In this document: piece by piece, positions 47,580-58,142 of the stretch | Numbering within the stretch: the first letter of the stretch is position 1 | Layout: each line of letters begins with the position of its first letter | NCBI GenBank assembly: GCA_964421755.1 | Contig: CAYQYP010000204.1 | Coordinates: 9,746 to 73,745 of the forward strand | Length of the DNA: 64,000 nucleotides | Direction of reading: 5' to 3' | Source: an uncultured Acidobacteriota bacterium | GTDB lineage: Bacteria > Acidobacteriota > UBA6911 > RPQK01 | Translations under genes and position numbers: made by a program | The notes under the pieces: model-generated | The model's database searches: none | What the model was told of the DNA's origin: nothing | Seen by the model: the letters and a program-made list of their open reading frames with translations, nothing else

Positions 47580-49427
47580 ATGCATATTCTTGGAGTATCA
47601 GCCTTCTATCACGATTCGGCCGCAGCACTGGTGTCAGATGGCAAGATCATCGCTGCCGCTCAGGAGGAACGTTTCTCCCGGCGAAAACACGATGCACGAT
47701 TTCCAGTGAACGCTGTTAATTACTGCCTGGAAGAGGCTCGGGTTTCGATCGGAGACATCGGTTATCTCGTCTTTTATGAACGGCCCTATCTGAAGTTCGA
47801 ACGGCTGCTGGATACCTATTTGGCATTTTCGCCTCGGGGGTTTCGTTCGTTTCGGCAGGCCCTGCCTTTTTGGGCCGGCCATAGACTCCACCTCCCAGAG
47901 ATCATCCGAAAACAAGTGGGTCCGGACTTCGACGGTGAAATCTGCGTGGTCGGCCACCATGAAGCCCACGCCGCCAGCGCTTTCTTCCCCTCACCTTTCG
48001 AGGAAGCGGCCATTCTCACGCTCGATGCGGTCGGTGAATGGAGCACCAGTTCGATCGGGGTTGGGCGGGGCAACCGGATCTCGTTGATCAAGGAACTGAG
48101 ATTCCCGCATTCCCTGGGGATGCTTTATTCCGCCTTCACTTACTATACCGGGTTCAAAGTAAATTCCGGCGAATACAAGCTGATGGGATTGGCGCCCTAC
48201 GGCGCCCCCACTTTCGCCGAAACCATCCGGCGCAAGATTGTGGACATCCGTGACGACGGGTCAATCTGGCTCGACATGTCCTACTTCAATTACTGCCAGG
48301 GCCTGACGATGACTTCCGCGAAATTCCATGAGTTGTTCGGTGGTCCTCCACGCCGGCCGGAGAGCCTCATCACGCAGAAGGAGATGGATCTGGCCGCTTC
48401 TATCCAGCAAATCTGCGAAGAGGTAGTCCTCAAGGCGGCGAATTACGCCAGGCGGATAACCGGCCTCAACCGGCTAGTGATGGCTGGAGGCGTGGCGCTC
48501 AACTGCGTGGCAAACGGGCGCCTTCTCAGAGAAGGACAGTTCGAGAACATCTGGATTCAGCCCGCCGCCGGAGACGCTGGAGGTGCACTGGGAGCCGCTC
48601 TCCTGTGTTGGCATCACAAGCTCGGAAGACCGCGAGTCCTTGAAACGGCGGACAGTCAGAGAGGATCCCTGCTCGGTCCCGCCTACAATAACTCGGAAAT
48701 TGCCCTGTTTCTAGACTCCCAGGGAGCAGTGTATGACTACATCCCGCAGGAGCAGGCTCTTCTAGACCGCGTTGCCCGCCTGATGGAACAGGGTAACGTT
48801 GTGGGATGGTTTCATGGCCGGATGGAGTATGGCCCGCGTGCACTCGGAGCTCGCAGCATCATCGGGGACGCGCGTTCCCCCGAAATGCAGCAGCTTATGA
48901 ACCTGAAGATCAAGTTCCGCGAGTCATTCCGCCCATTCGCCCCCTGCGTGCTGAAGGACTATGCGAACAGCATCTTCGACCTGCGGCCGGCCGAAGAGAG
49001 CCCTTACATGCTCCTGGTTGGCCCGGTGCGGGAAGAGTGGCGTCTGGAACTTTCGCCTGAAGAACAGGAGAAGATGGGCGGCTCCGATCTCTGTCTCTGG
49101 GTGTCTGTACCGCGGTCAAAGTTCCCGGCCATCACCCATGTCGATTACTCAGCTCGGGTTCAGACGGTTGACGAGGAGAGGCACGGGCGTTTCTGCCGCC
49201 TCATGAAACGCTTCTATGACCTGACAGGGTGTCCGACGATTGTCAATACGAGCTTCAACATCCGTGGAGAACCGATCGTCTGCACCCCAGAGCATGCTTT
49301 TCACTGCTTCATGGGCACGGATATGGACGTCCTTGTCCTTGAAAACCATCTCCTCGAGAAAACGGCTCAGCCGTCACATCTGGATCGCGAGTCGGACGCC
49401 TACCGAGCGCAATATGAGCCAGATTAG
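47580..49427 (+). CDS. Carbamoyltransferase of the NodU/CmcH/NovN family (polysaccharide O-carbamoylation).
   Basis: MHILGVSAFYHDSAAALVSDGKIIAAAQEERFSRRKHD...GHHEAHAASAFF N-terminal ASKHA domain. C-terminal YrdC-like carbamoyl-adenylate domain. Confidence 0.85.
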   Translation: MHILGVSAFYHDSAAALVSDGKIIAAAQEERFSRRKHDARFPVNAVNYCLEEARVSIGDIGYLVFYERPYLKFERLLDTYLAFSPRGFRSFRQALPFWAGHRLHLPEIIRKQVGPDFDGEICVVGHHEAHAASAFFPSPFEEAAILTLDAVGEWSTSSIGVGRGNRISLIKELRFPHSLGMLYSAFTYYTGFKVNSGEYKLMGLAPYGAPTFAETIRRKIVDIRDDGSIWLDMSYFNYCQGLTMTSAKFHELFGGPPRRPESLITQKEMDLAASIQQICEEVVLKAANYARRITGLNRLVMAGGVALNCVANGRLLREGQFENIWIQPAAGDAGGALGAALLCWHHKLGRPRVLETADSQRGSLLGPAYNNSEIALFLDSQGAVYDYIPQEQALLDRVARLMEQGNVVGWFHGRMEYGPRALGARSIIGDARSPEMQQLMNLKIKFRESFRPFAPCVLKDYANSIFDLRPAEESPYMLLVGPVREEWRLELSPEEQEKMGGSDLCLWVSVPRSKFPAITHVDYSARVQTVDEERHGRFCRLMKRFYDLTGCPTIVNTSFNIRGEPIVCTPEHAFHCFMGTDMDVLVLENHLLEKTAQPSHLDRESDAYRAQYEPD

Positions 49428-49435
49428 GAGTCAAA

Positions 49436-49981
49436 ATGTCCTTGCCTAACCCCCCGAGACGAGCAGCCCTCCGGGCCTTTTGGCTTACGTCGGTTTGCCT
49501 CTTTGGCCTTCCCGCCGGCGTTGTGATCTCGGCAGTGGCGGGGGTCAGCCCGGCTGGATTCCTGGCGGTCTGCTTCGGCATCCTGTGTCTGGGCGTGGCC
49601 TGGCCTCATTATGTCATGCCCATTTACAGCGTCTGGCTCAGGCTCAGCCGGCAAGTGTTGCGACTGAGCAACCTTGCCCTGACCGCCGTCTGCTTCTACC
49701 TGGTTTTCGCGGTAGTCGGCGTTGCGGGTTCGCGCCTGCCTCTCAAGCGCGCAGCAGCGGACGAGTCGTTGTGGGAAGCGGCCGATAGACCGGCCCGTGG
49801 CGCCCTGGACGAGGCAGACGCAACCGCGGGCTCAACCCGAGGATGGGTGTTCCGGTACCTTAACAGGGCTGTGGAGTCCGGGAACCTGTGGACGATCTGC
49901 CTGTTACCCTTCCTGGTGATGCTAAGGTTCAATGACCAGGAAGGGAATTCCTATCCTTCTCAAATCTACACGCTCTTCTAG
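49436..49981 (+). CDS. Small four-transmembrane-helix membrane protein of unknown function.
   Basis: Four hydrophobic helices. Flanked by the carbamoyltransferase and the SGNH protein. Confidence 0.45.
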   Translation: MSLPNPPRRAALRAFWLTSVCLFGLPAGVVISAVAGVSPAGFLAVCFGILCLGVAWPHYVMPIYSVWLRLSRQVLRLSNLALTAVCFYLVFAVVGVAGSRLPLKRAAADESLWEAADRPARGALDEADATAGSTRGWVFRYLNRAVESGNLWTICLLPFLVMLRFNDQEGNSYPSQIYTLF

Positions 49982-50028
49982 AACCGCCGGTTTTTAGTGT
50001 CAAACCGCCGTCAGGAGGAATTAACCAG

Positions 50029-51147
50029 ATGCAAATTTTCAGAATGACTCTTGGCATCATCGCCACCGCTGCGGGGCTTATTCTCTTGGCGCCCGTGATT
50101 ATCCTCAGTCTACCTTTCTGGCTGGTCGCGTTTGGCACCCGGATTGGAAGCCGACTCCTGGAGCCTCGCTGTATAGCCTGGAACGAGGTTTTCGCCTTCG
50201 ATGATCAGTTCGGGTGGAAACCGAAGCCGAACCTCAAAGTGCATCACCTGGCTGACGATGTATTCCAACTGACGACAGATTCCGAGGGATGGAGAGGAAG
50301 AATCAGCCTGGCGCAAAGCCGTGTGGTTGTCCTGGGGGATTCCTTCGCCTTCGGATATGGAATTGATGATGACGATTTTTTTGCCAATTGCACACCCGAA
50401 TTGCAGGTGAAGGCGATCGGCTCGAACGGCTACAACATGGTGCAGGAGCTCATGTGGCTCGAGCACCTGGCGCCACACCTCAAGGACAAACTGGTCGTCT
50501 GGTTCATCTACCTTGGCAATGACCTCCACGAGAACCTGGTTCCTGACATGCACGGTTACAGGATGCCCTTCCTCCGATCGCGCGACGGGAATTGGGAAAT
50601 TACTAATCGACATCTTCGTCCGGAAAAGTGGCCTTTTACTTTCACGCTCGGAGGCGGACGCACCGATTATTACGAGCAGCTGGCCCGGCTCTGCGTACCG
50701 GGTGCGAGATCGTCCCGCGCCTACCGGGCTTGCGAATACTTGATTCAAAGAGCAAAGCAGTGCTGTGAACGAGCCGACGCACGTCTTATCGTCATCTCAA
50801 TCCCTGAAAGGCATCAGCTGAATTCGGCCGGCGTCGCATTTCTCCAATCACTTTCAGGCAACTCTTCCTTGTTTGACCCGGATCTGCCCGACAGCCAGTT
50901 GGGCGCCATTTGTCGCAGCCTGGCGATCCAATTTGTTGCTTTGAAAGGGAGGCTGAACGCCAGCCATTACAAGACCCACGACTGGCACTGGAACAGGAAG
51001 GGACACCGGGCCGTGGCCGGCATTCTGAAGGAAATCACGGCCGAACATGCCGGGCGTGCTAGAGTCCGGGATACCGAGCAGGTCCCCGTTCTCGGCAGCG
51101 GCTTGCGAATCGCGATTTCGCCGGGCCGGATGAGGGCAGACAGATGA
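50029..51147 (+). CDS. Membrane-anchored SGNH/GDSL-type hydrolase, a candidate polysaccharide O-acetyl esterase or transferase (AlgJ/AlgX-like role).
   Basis: N-terminal transmembrane helix GIIATAAGLILLAPVIILSLPFWLVAF. VVVLGDSFAFGYG (block I). IYLGNDLHEN (block III). THDWHWNRKGH (block V DxxH). Confidence 0.6.
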   Translation: MQIFRMTLGIIATAAGLILLAPVIILSLPFWLVAFGTRIGSRLLEPRCIAWNEVFAFDDQFGWKPKPNLKVHHLADDVFQLTTDSEGWRGRISLAQSRVVVLGDSFAFGYGIDDDDFFANCTPELQVKAIGSNGYNMVQELMWLEHLAPHLKDKLVVWFIYLGNDLHENLVPDMHGYRMPFLRSRDGNWEITNRHLRPEKWPFTFTLGGGRTDYYEQLARLCVPGARSSRAYRACEYLIQRAKQCCERADARLIVISIPERHQLNSAGVAFLQSLSGNSSLFDPDLPDSQLGAICRSLAIQFVALKGRLNASHYKTHDWHWNRKGHRAVAGILKEITAEHAGRARVRDTEQVPVLGSGLRIAISPGRMRADR

Positions 51148-52181
51148 AATGCCCGACCCTCGCCGAGCTCCCTTCGCCCCCGAAGGGAAAGACAGGATGG
51201 CCGTGGACGGAACAGAGTGAGACTCTGCCCGATAGCTCGGCAGCAGGAGGCTGGCCGGTCGTTACGGTTGTAACTCCCTCCTACAATCAGGCCCGTTTCC
51301 TCGAAGAAACGATCCGATCAGTTTTGCTCCAGGGTCACCCGAACATCGAATACCTGGTCATGGACGGTGGAAGCACCGACGGATCGCGCGAGATCATCCA
51401 GAAATACTCCGGCTGGCTCACCTACTGGCGCAGCGAGCTCGACGGCGGTCAGAGCGAGGCGATCAACCAGGGACTTGAGCGAGGTTCCGGCGCACTGGCC
51501 TGCTGGATCAACAGTGATGACATGCTTTACAGGAACGCCCTCTTCAACCACTTTTCCCGGTTTCATTACGCGCCTCGCACACTTTCTTTCGGCGTTTGCA
51601 CTTACATGGACGAACAGAGCAGGCCGGGTCACTCCCGTTCCGCGGGGATCCGTTCTTTCGAAGAGCTCATCCAGGTCGGCAGGTTTTGGCGGCAGCGACT
51701 CCACATCGTGCAACCGGAAGTCCTTTTTCCAAGAGCCATGGCGCTCGAGGTGGGCGGGTTGAACCCGGACAATCATTACTCAATGGACTACGAACTGTGG
51801 GGACGCTTGCTGCTCGCCGGGGCACGCGTCGAGTACACGAATGTGCCTTTCGGGATGTTCAGGCAGCACCCGGATCAAAAGACCCAAAACACGATAGCCG
51901 CCACCCGATCGCTGGTTGACGCTGCCCGCCGACTCACCCAGGCCGCCGGTTCGATTCCGGAAGAGAAGAAGCAAGAGATTCTGGAAGAACTGGACGAGTA
52001 CCTTAGAGTTTATGAAGACAACGCCTGGCGCGCGTCAGGGCGGTTGGCGCAGATCGGCCTGCCGCGGTTCGTTGTGAATGGAATCCGCAAGGCAAAAAAG
52101 GCGATGCAAAAGCAGGTGCGGCCGGTTTCCGGTAACCGCCGGTTGAGTCAACATGAAGATTCTGCTCGCAACTCCCCCTGA
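51144..52181 (+). CDS. Family 2 glycosyltransferase.
   Basis: VVTVVTPSYNQARFLEETIRSVLLQGHPNIEYLVMDGGSTDGS. ATGA-type overlap with the upstream gene. Confidence 0.8.
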   Translation: MKCPTLAELPSPPKGKTGWPWTEQSETLPDSSAAGGWPVVTVVTPSYNQARFLEETIRSVLLQGHPNIEYLVMDGGSTDGSREIIQKYSGWLTYWRSELDGGQSEAINQGLERGSGALACWINSDDMLYRNALFNHFSRFHYAPRTLSFGVCTYMDEQSRPGHSRSAGIRSFEELIQVGRFWRQRLHIVQPEVLFPRAMALEVGGLNPDNHYSMDYELWGRLLLAGARVEYTNVPFGMFRQHPDQKTQNTIAATRSLVDAARRLTQAAGSIPEEKKQEILEELDEYLRVYEDNAWRASGRLAQIGLPRFVVNGIRKAKKAMQKQVRPVSGNRRLSQHEDSARNSP

Positions 52182-53307
52182 AGAAGAAGTAGGCGGGGTT
52201 CCTCACGTGGTGAGAACTGTTTCAGCTAATCTTTCTTCCAGGGGCCACGAAATTTTTCTGTTCCGAACCGGGCGCGAAACCCGGTTAAGCAGGGAGAGCT
52301 CGCCGACCGGATTCCCCCGATTTGAGATCGGATTACAGATGCCCTTTGGCGGAAGGAATCCTCTGACCAGCCTTGCCATTTTCTCGGCCAGGTTTCCCCT
52401 CGCGTTTGTTCAACTCGCTCGGCTAATAAAGACGCTCGGGATTCAGATTGTGAATGTCCACTATCCGGGCCAATCGCACTGCTACTTCGCGCTTCTGAGA
52501 AGGATTCTCCCGATCCGCCTCGTGACGTCGGTCCACGGAACGGATATTTTCCCCAACGGCCGTCGTCGGGCTCGCTATCCTACGGGACTCCGCCTTCTTC
52601 TTGACTGGTCCGACCTGGTGGTCACACCGTCCAAGGCATACCGGAAGGACCTGCTCGGGATCTTTCCGCAGTTGGCGATGAAAACCGTGGCGGTGTGGAA
52701 CGGAATAGATGCGAACGAGCTCCGAGCTCTCGCGCAGGCGGGATACGAGGAACGCGTCCTCCCCGACTCTTATCTCCTCTGCATCGCGGCCCAAAACGAG
52801 AAGAAGGCAATTGATGTATTACTGCCTGCCTTCCGGTTGGTTCGCCAGTGTTATCCCGGCTTGCAGCTGGTCTTGGTGGGAGATGGTCCCCTTCGCGAAG
52901 AGAATCAAAGACTGGCAGCCTCTCTCGGCCTCGATTCTGCGGTGTTGTTCCTGAGAAAGGTCGATCGTTCGATGGTGGCGCAGGCTTTGAGCGGATGCGA
53001 GGCGTTCGTTCTTCCGTCACGTTCCGAACCTTTCGGAATCGTCCTGATAGAGGCCTTCGCTCTCGGCAAGCCGGTGGTAGCGACACAAGTCGGAGGGATA
53101 CCGGAAATCGTTCGCGACGGTGTCAACGGACTGCTTGTCCCTCCCGATAGCCCCGAGGCTTTGAGCGCCGCAATCCTCCGAGTTTTGGGGGATAAGCTGC
53201 TGCGGGATACCCTTGTACAAAATGCGCGGGTTGCCGTCGAGGGCTTCAGTGCCGAGAAACAGGCGGAAAGCTACGAATCACACTTCCGCCGTCTTCTGAC
53301 TGTATGA
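52153..53307 (+). CDS. Family 4 (GT-B) glycosyltransferase.
   Basis: MKILLATPP...GGVPHVV N-terminus. C-terminal LVLPSRSEPFGIVLIEAFALGKPVVATQVGGIPEIV (EX7E region). Confidence 0.8.
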   Translation: MKILLATPPEEEVGGVPHVVRTVSANLSSRGHEIFLFRTGRETRLSRESSPTGFPRFEIGLQMPFGGRNPLTSLAIFSARFPLAFVQLARLIKTLGIQIVNVHYPGQSHCYFALLRRILPIRLVTSVHGTDIFPNGRRRARYPTGLRLLLDWSDLVVTPSKAYRKDLLGIFPQLAMKTVAVWNGIDANELRALAQAGYEERVLPDSYLLCIAAQNEKKAIDVLLPAFRLVRQCYPGLQLVLVGDGPLREENQRLAASLGLDSAVLFLRKVDRSMVAQALSGCEAFVLPSRSEPFGIVLIEAFALGKPVVATQVGGIPEIVRDGVNGLLVPPDSPEALSAAILRVLGDKLLRDTLVQNARVAVEGFSAEKQAESYESHFRRLLTV

Positions 53308-54800
53308 AATCCATCCTCATGCTTGCCTATCGTTTCCCGCCGGAAGGAAGCGCCGGTACCTATCGGCCATTACGTCTCGTCCGACAATTGGACCGACGCG
53401 GGTGGGCCACCTCGGTAATCACTTTGGCGACCGAGCATCGGGAACGGTACGACCCGGAGTTGCTGTCCCGGGTTCCGGAGAAGACAGAGGTGATTCGCGT
53501 TGAGAAGGCCGATCCCTGGGCTCGACTGCAGGGCTGGAGAGCAGCGCGCCGACAGGCGACCAAGCCGTCAAACGAACGGGGATTAGGCCGGACCGGGGCA
53601 CGGGACGAGAGTCGAGCCAGGCGGTGGATGCGGCTCTCGGTGCGCCGAGGAGAGGCATGGCTTTACCACCCGGATCTTGCCATGTTCTGGATTCGCCCGG
53701 CGGTTGAAGCGGGACTGCTCGCTTGTGAGACCAGGAAACCGAGCGTCGTATGGGCTACTGGCGGCCCGTGGTCCGCCTTCGTGGCCGCAGCCCGGCTCTC
53801 TTCCGCGACGGCAGTGCCATATGTGCTCGATTTTCGCGACTGCTGGACATTGACCAACAATGACTTCCGTGCGCTCAGGCCGTCTTGGGCCTCAAGCCGG
53901 GATCGACGAACGCTTTACCGTCTCTTTCAAAATGCGCAGGCGGTGATCTTCAGATACCTAAGTGAAGCCGAATGCTACTGGCGAGCTTACCCCGGTGCCC
54001 TTCGCCAGGAGCGCGTTTTCATCATCCCCAATGGATTTGAGGGAAACGTCGAGTCCTTTCCCCTACCGGACGGCGACAGGATGGTCGTGCTCCACGCCGG
54101 TACCCTTTCTTCTTACCGTTATGATTCTCTGTTGGACGGTCTGGTCCTGCTCACCCGGAAGAACCAACACTACCGGCATCAGATCGTGTTCCTTTTTGTC
54201 GGAGAAGGCGCTGATCGGGTTGAAGCAGACGCTGCCCGCCGAGGCCTTGTCGGGATGGTTTCGGCCCGTCCGGCCACTGCAAACGCCGCCCTCGCATCCC
54301 TATACCGGAGCGCTCATGTCCTCCTGGTGCTCGGAAGAGAAAACGGGATGCGGGGCCACGAGTTGCTCGCCGGCGCCAAGCTGTTCGGTTATCTGAAGAC
54401 TGGACGTCCGATCCTCGGTGTTCTTCCCGAGGACGAGACAGCCAGAATCCTCAAGCAGGTTGGCGTGACAACCATCGCTCCGGCGGACGACTCCGGGCAG
54501 ATTGCATCAGTGCTCGAGACGTTGTTGACAACCTGGTCGGCAGGGCGACTGACCTCGTTGGCGCCCGATCCGGCACTCTGTGAAGTCTTCTCGTCGCAAA
54601 ATCAGATAGAGCATTACCTGCCAGCTCTGGAGGACAGGGCTCCTGTGGTTCCTTTTGTGCCGGGTCAAGCCTCGGTTCCGCCCAGCTTAAAGAAGAAAGT
54701 GGAAGCGATGGCTTTCGAAAACTCCCGAGACTTCTTGAACGGAAAACCCGGGATGCAAAGATTGCTCCGAACCTTCGGCTTCGCGCCTGATAGGAGATGA
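53304..54800 (+). CDS. GT-B-fold (GT4-like) glycosyltransferase, 498 aa.
   Basis: MKSILMLAYRFPPEGSAGTYRPLRLVRQL is a GT4 N-terminal signature. ATGA overlap. Confidence 0.65.
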   Translation: MKSILMLAYRFPPEGSAGTYRPLRLVRQLDRRGWATSVITLATEHRERYDPELLSRVPEKTEVIRVEKADPWARLQGWRAARRQATKPSNERGLGRTGARDESRARRWMRLSVRRGEAWLYHPDLAMFWIRPAVEAGLLACETRKPSVVWATGGPWSAFVAAARLSSATAVPYVLDFRDCWTLTNNDFRALRPSWASSRDRRTLYRLFQNAQAVIFRYLSEAECYWRAYPGALRQERVFIIPNGFEGNVESFPLPDGDRMVVLHAGTLSSYRYDSLLDGLVLLTRKNQHYRHQIVFLFVGEGADRVEADAARRGLVGMVSARPATANAALASLYRSAHVLLVLGRENGMRGHELLAGAKLFGYLKTGRPILGVLPEDETARILKQVGVTTIAPADDSGQIASVLETLLTTWSAGRLTSLAPDPALCEVFSSQNQIEHYLPALEDRAPVVPFVPGQASVPPSLKKKVEAMAFENSRDFLNGKPGMQRLLRTFGFAPDRR

Positions 54801-55741
54801 GCTTGCGGTTCTGCGTCCGTGACGATGATACGAGTTACTTCACCTCACCCGAGGAACTGGAGAAAGTGTATTCGCGGTGGACGCGGCTCGGGCCTGTCTG
54901 TCTGAGTGTCGTGCCCTTTTGCTGCGCGGGCAACAGCAAGGGAGTCCCTGCTCGAAACCGCGGCAAATGGACCATTCATCCTCTTGAGGAGAACCGGGCC
55001 TTGGTTGAGTACCTGCGTACGGCTGTTGGCGAAGGGCGGTACGAAATCATGCTGCACGGTCACTATCATGACCAGGAGGGCAAATCTCCGGAATTTGTCG
55101 GTGGTCGTGAATTGGCAAACAGGGTGACTGTGGGTCGCAATTATCTCGAAGGTCTCCTCGAGACGAGGGTGCGTGTCTTTGTCCCACCTCACAATGCAAT
55201 CAGGCGCCCCGGATTGAAAGCAGTCGTCCATGCGGGAATGCACTTGGGCTGCGCCGCCGGCCTGCGATCCGGGTGGCCGCTGTTTTCCGGGTTGAGTTGG
55301 ACCGCGTGGCGACGCATGCGGCGTTGGAAGCTAGCCGGCGGCCAGGGTTTTCCTTGGATCATCGATCTCGGGGACCACCGAGAGATCGCTTGCCGTTCCG
55401 TGACCCCCGGCGCCTCGATCAGTAGAAACAAGACGAGTATAGATCAGGCCCGTAGCGTCGACGGAGTATGCTGCCTGGCTACTCATTACTGGGAGATGGA
55501 TGCGCCCAGTGTCGTCGTCGGAGATCCTTCTGTGGGCGAGCACCTTGAGCGTCTGCTCGAATATGCATCCTCGCAGCCGGGCACGGAGCGGGTCTCTTTG
55601 GGAGACCTCTTATGCAATACGCCGCGGGTTTCGCCGCAACCGCCGGCAACGACCCGAGACCCGCTTGGAATGCCGCCGGCCGGTCATAATGAAAATACCC
55701 ATCCTTCCTGCCCTATCCAAAGATCCGGAGAGGGTGCCTGA
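54797..55741 (+). CDS. DUF2334 / polysaccharide-deacetylase-like protein.
   Basis: FCVRDDDTSYF...MLHGHYHDQ motif pattern of DUF2334 (NodB-like fold). ATGA overlap. Confidence 0.55.
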   Translation: MSLRFCVRDDDTSYFTSPEELEKVYSRWTRLGPVCLSVVPFCCAGNSKGVPARNRGKWTIHPLEENRALVEYLRTAVGEGRYEIMLHGHYHDQEGKSPEFVGGRELANRVTVGRNYLEGLLETRVRVFVPPHNAIRRPGLKAVVHAGMHLGCAAGLRSGWPLFSGLSWTAWRRMRRWKLAGGQGFPWIIDLGDHREIACRSVTPGASISRNKTSIDQARSVDGVCCLATHYWEMDAPSVVVGDPSVGEHLERLLEYASSQPGTERVSLGDLLCNTPRVSPQPPATTRDPLGMPPAGHNENTHPSCPIQRSGEGA

Positions 55742-56842
55742 ATGAGCGCACGAAAAGTCATCCTGGCTAACGATAGGGCCTTTCACTACGCCACCGGGTC
55801 AGACCTGGCCGTTGGGGGCTCCGAGAAGCACCAATGGTCGCTGTCACGGGCCCTGACACAAGCGGGCTGGTCCGTGACCATTGGTACTCGGTGTTTGAAT
55901 CCTGGCGTCGAAAGGTGGATTTCGGGCGTTAGGTTTCTCGGCCTCCCGTCCTCGACCCGTATCGCTTCGCTTGGGGCGTTTGCCCGGCGAGAGCGCGCGG
56001 ACTGGTGGTATTGGTGCAACGCCAGCCATCTCCTCGGGCCGATTGTCGCGCTGGCGAAAATGTCCGGGACTCGGACGATTTTCTCCGCGCGGTTCGACAC
56101 GGACGTATTGCCTAGAACCGCTTTGACGTTGCGACAGCGCTGGTGGCCGCTGTACTCCTGGGGGCTGGCGCATGCCGACCTTATCTTTGTGCAGCACCGG
56201 GGCCAATTCGAGCAGTTGCGCCCGGAATGGCGAGCGAAAGCGCACATTATCCCGGGGTTGGTTACCCTCCCCCGCAAAGCCGATCCACATGCGCTGAGAA
56301 GCTCATATGTGGCATGGGTCGGCATGTTGCGACGGCCGAAGCGCCCCGACCTGCTTGTGGAGATCGCCTCCCGGACTCCGGAAACTCGTTATATCGTCTG
56401 CGGAGGCCCGAGCTCCCATCGATCCCCGGCGGACTACAGCCAGACTATCGTTGAGTCGTTAGGAGGCCGTGGCAACATAGACTACCTCGGTCGTGTTGAC
56501 CATTCCACGACAACGGAGATCATCGGTCACGCAGGCCTGCTGCTCTCAACCTCCGAGGCAGAGGGATTTCCTAACGTTTTTCTCGAGGCGTGGGCATCCG
56601 GAACCCCGGTCGTTAGTCTGTCGATCGACCCTGACGACCTCATCCGACGCTTCGAGCTTGGCAGAGTTTCAGGGGATGTCACAGGCGCAGTGCGGGATGT
56701 TCGCGAATTGATGACCTCCGTTGAGTTTCGACAGCGTATGGGAGACCGAGGCAGGGACTACGTCAAAACCAACCATTGCGACGCAGCAGTCGTCAGGGCC
56801 TTCGAAAGGGCTCTAGAAAGTCCGGCTTATGTGGCTGCGTGA
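55742..56842 (+). CDS. Family 4 glycosyltransferase.
   Basis: C-terminal LLLSTSEAEGFPNVFLEAWASGTPVVS. Confidence 0.75.
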   Translation: MSARKVILANDRAFHYATGSDLAVGGSEKHQWSLSRALTQAGWSVTIGTRCLNPGVERWISGVRFLGLPSSTRIASLGAFARRERADWWYWCNASHLLGPIVALAKMSGTRTIFSARFDTDVLPRTALTLRQRWWPLYSWGLAHADLIFVQHRGQFEQLRPEWRAKAHIIPGLVTLPRKADPHALRSSYVAWVGMLRRPKRPDLLVEIASRTPETRYIVCGGPSSHRSPADYSQTIVESLGGRGNIDYLGRVDHSTTTEIIGHAGLLLSTSEAEGFPNVFLEAWASGTPVVSLSIDPDDLIRRFELGRVSGDVTGAVRDVRELMTSVEFRQRMGDRGRDYVKTNHCDAAVVRAFERALESPAYVAA

Positions 56843-58142
56843 AGGTTACCAGTCTGCGGCGGTTCTGCGAAGACCACCGCTGGAGATGGGAGCGCCAGGC
56901 GACCGAAGGCGCGGGCGTTTGCGAATCGGAATCCCCCCCGCCATTGCCGAGTACGGCTTTTACCTGTCTATCGCATACGCAACTCTTGGCGAAGCCGTCG
57001 GAGTCGCCCTGGTCCCCGGTTTCGGCGCCTTGGTCATGGCGGTCATCTGCGCAGTCTGCCTCAAGAGCGTGGGATTGCGTGGTGTTCCTATTTTCCTGCC
57101 CATCACGTTTCTGGTCGCGTTCGCGTGCTGCTTCGTGATTCTGCAGGTGTTTGTGCACAACGAGGGAGTTCTCGCTTCCGGAGTCCGATCCTATATACCC
57201 TGGATCTTTACCCTCGTGACCGCACAAGCCCTGGTGTTGCGCAAAGGCTTCCTCGGTCGTTTTGCGATCTGCTGTGCGGCAGTCGGCTTCGTGGGGCTTT
57301 GCTTCATGAAGAGCTGGACAGACGAGGGCCGGATCGGGTTGGAAGAGGGGGTAGCTTTTGCGAACCCGAACGATTTGGCTCGCTGGTTTGGGTTCGTAGC
57401 GATCTACTTTGGGGTGACGGCAATCGAAACAAAGAAAAACTGGGGTCGCGTGCTCGGGTGGGGCGTCGTCGGTCTCTGTTTTCTCGTTATCGGGATGACT
57501 GTCAGCCGAGGCACCCTGGTTGCCGCCGCAATCGCCCTGCTGGTCGCCTTGCGCCGTCTGATGAAGCGCGGTTTTTCCCAGCTTTTAGCATTGCTCCTGG
57601 TCATTGGCCTGGCGTGGGGTCTTGGTCTCTTCGACTCGGCGATTTCAGCGTATACCGAAAGGGGTCTGACGTCCTCGGGCCGGCTCGAAGTGCTCCCACG
57701 TGCCTGGGAACGTTTTCAGGAACGGGCGTTCGTCGGGTATGGGATGTCCAACGTCGCGACGTTTGTACCTCTGCGCGGGGACTTCAAAACTCCACACAAC
57801 GCTTTTCTGGCGATCGGACTCGCCGGGGGGCTTGTTTCTCTCTGCCTTTTCTTTCTGCAGTTCCTGTTTACTGGATGGCAGCTGATCCGTTGGCGGGCGA
57901 CACGCGTGGCCGATGCTCCTTTCTTCCTGCCTCTCTCGGTCTATGTTTTTCTCGCTCTGTTTCTTAGCAACGGGTCATTTATGAGCCCGTACATCGCGGC
58001 AACGATTTCAGCGGTGTCATTGCCCTTCGTCTTCCACTATCTTCAGAAGAACCTACGGCGGAGGATGATCCGAGCCCGCCGGCTGCACCTTCTGTCGGAC
58101 AAGGTCAATCTCCGGGGACAACGGAGACAATGCGCAAATTAG
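56829..58142 (+). CDS. Wzy_C-family membrane protein (O-antigen ligase/polymerase-like, ~10 transmembrane helices).
   Basis: Multi-transmembrane protein with a periplasmic loop containing RG...L and HNAFLAIGLAGGLV, typical of the Wzy_C/WaaL family. The start may be the downstream ATG (~56886). Confidence 0.7.
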   Translation: MWLREGYQSAAVLRRPPLEMGAPGDRRRGRLRIGIPPAIAEYGFYLSIAYATLGEAVGVALVPGFGALVMAVICAVCLKSVGLRGVPIFLPITFLVAFACCFVILQVFVHNEGVLASGVRSYIPWIFTLVTAQALVLRKGFLGRFAICCAAVGFVGLCFMKSWTDEGRIGLEEGVAFANPNDLARWFGFVAIYFGVTAIETKKNWGRVLGWGVVGLCFLVIGMTVSRGTLVAAAIALLVALRRLMKRGFSQLLALLLVIGLAWGLGLFDSAISAYTERGLTSSGRLEVLPRAWERFQERAFVGYGMSNVATFVPLRGDFKTPHNAFLAIGLAGGLVSLCLFFLQFLFTGWQLIRWRATRVADAPFFLPLSVYVFLALFLSNGSFMSPYIAATISAVSLPFVFHYLQKNLRRRMIRARRLHLLSDKVNLRGQRRQCAN

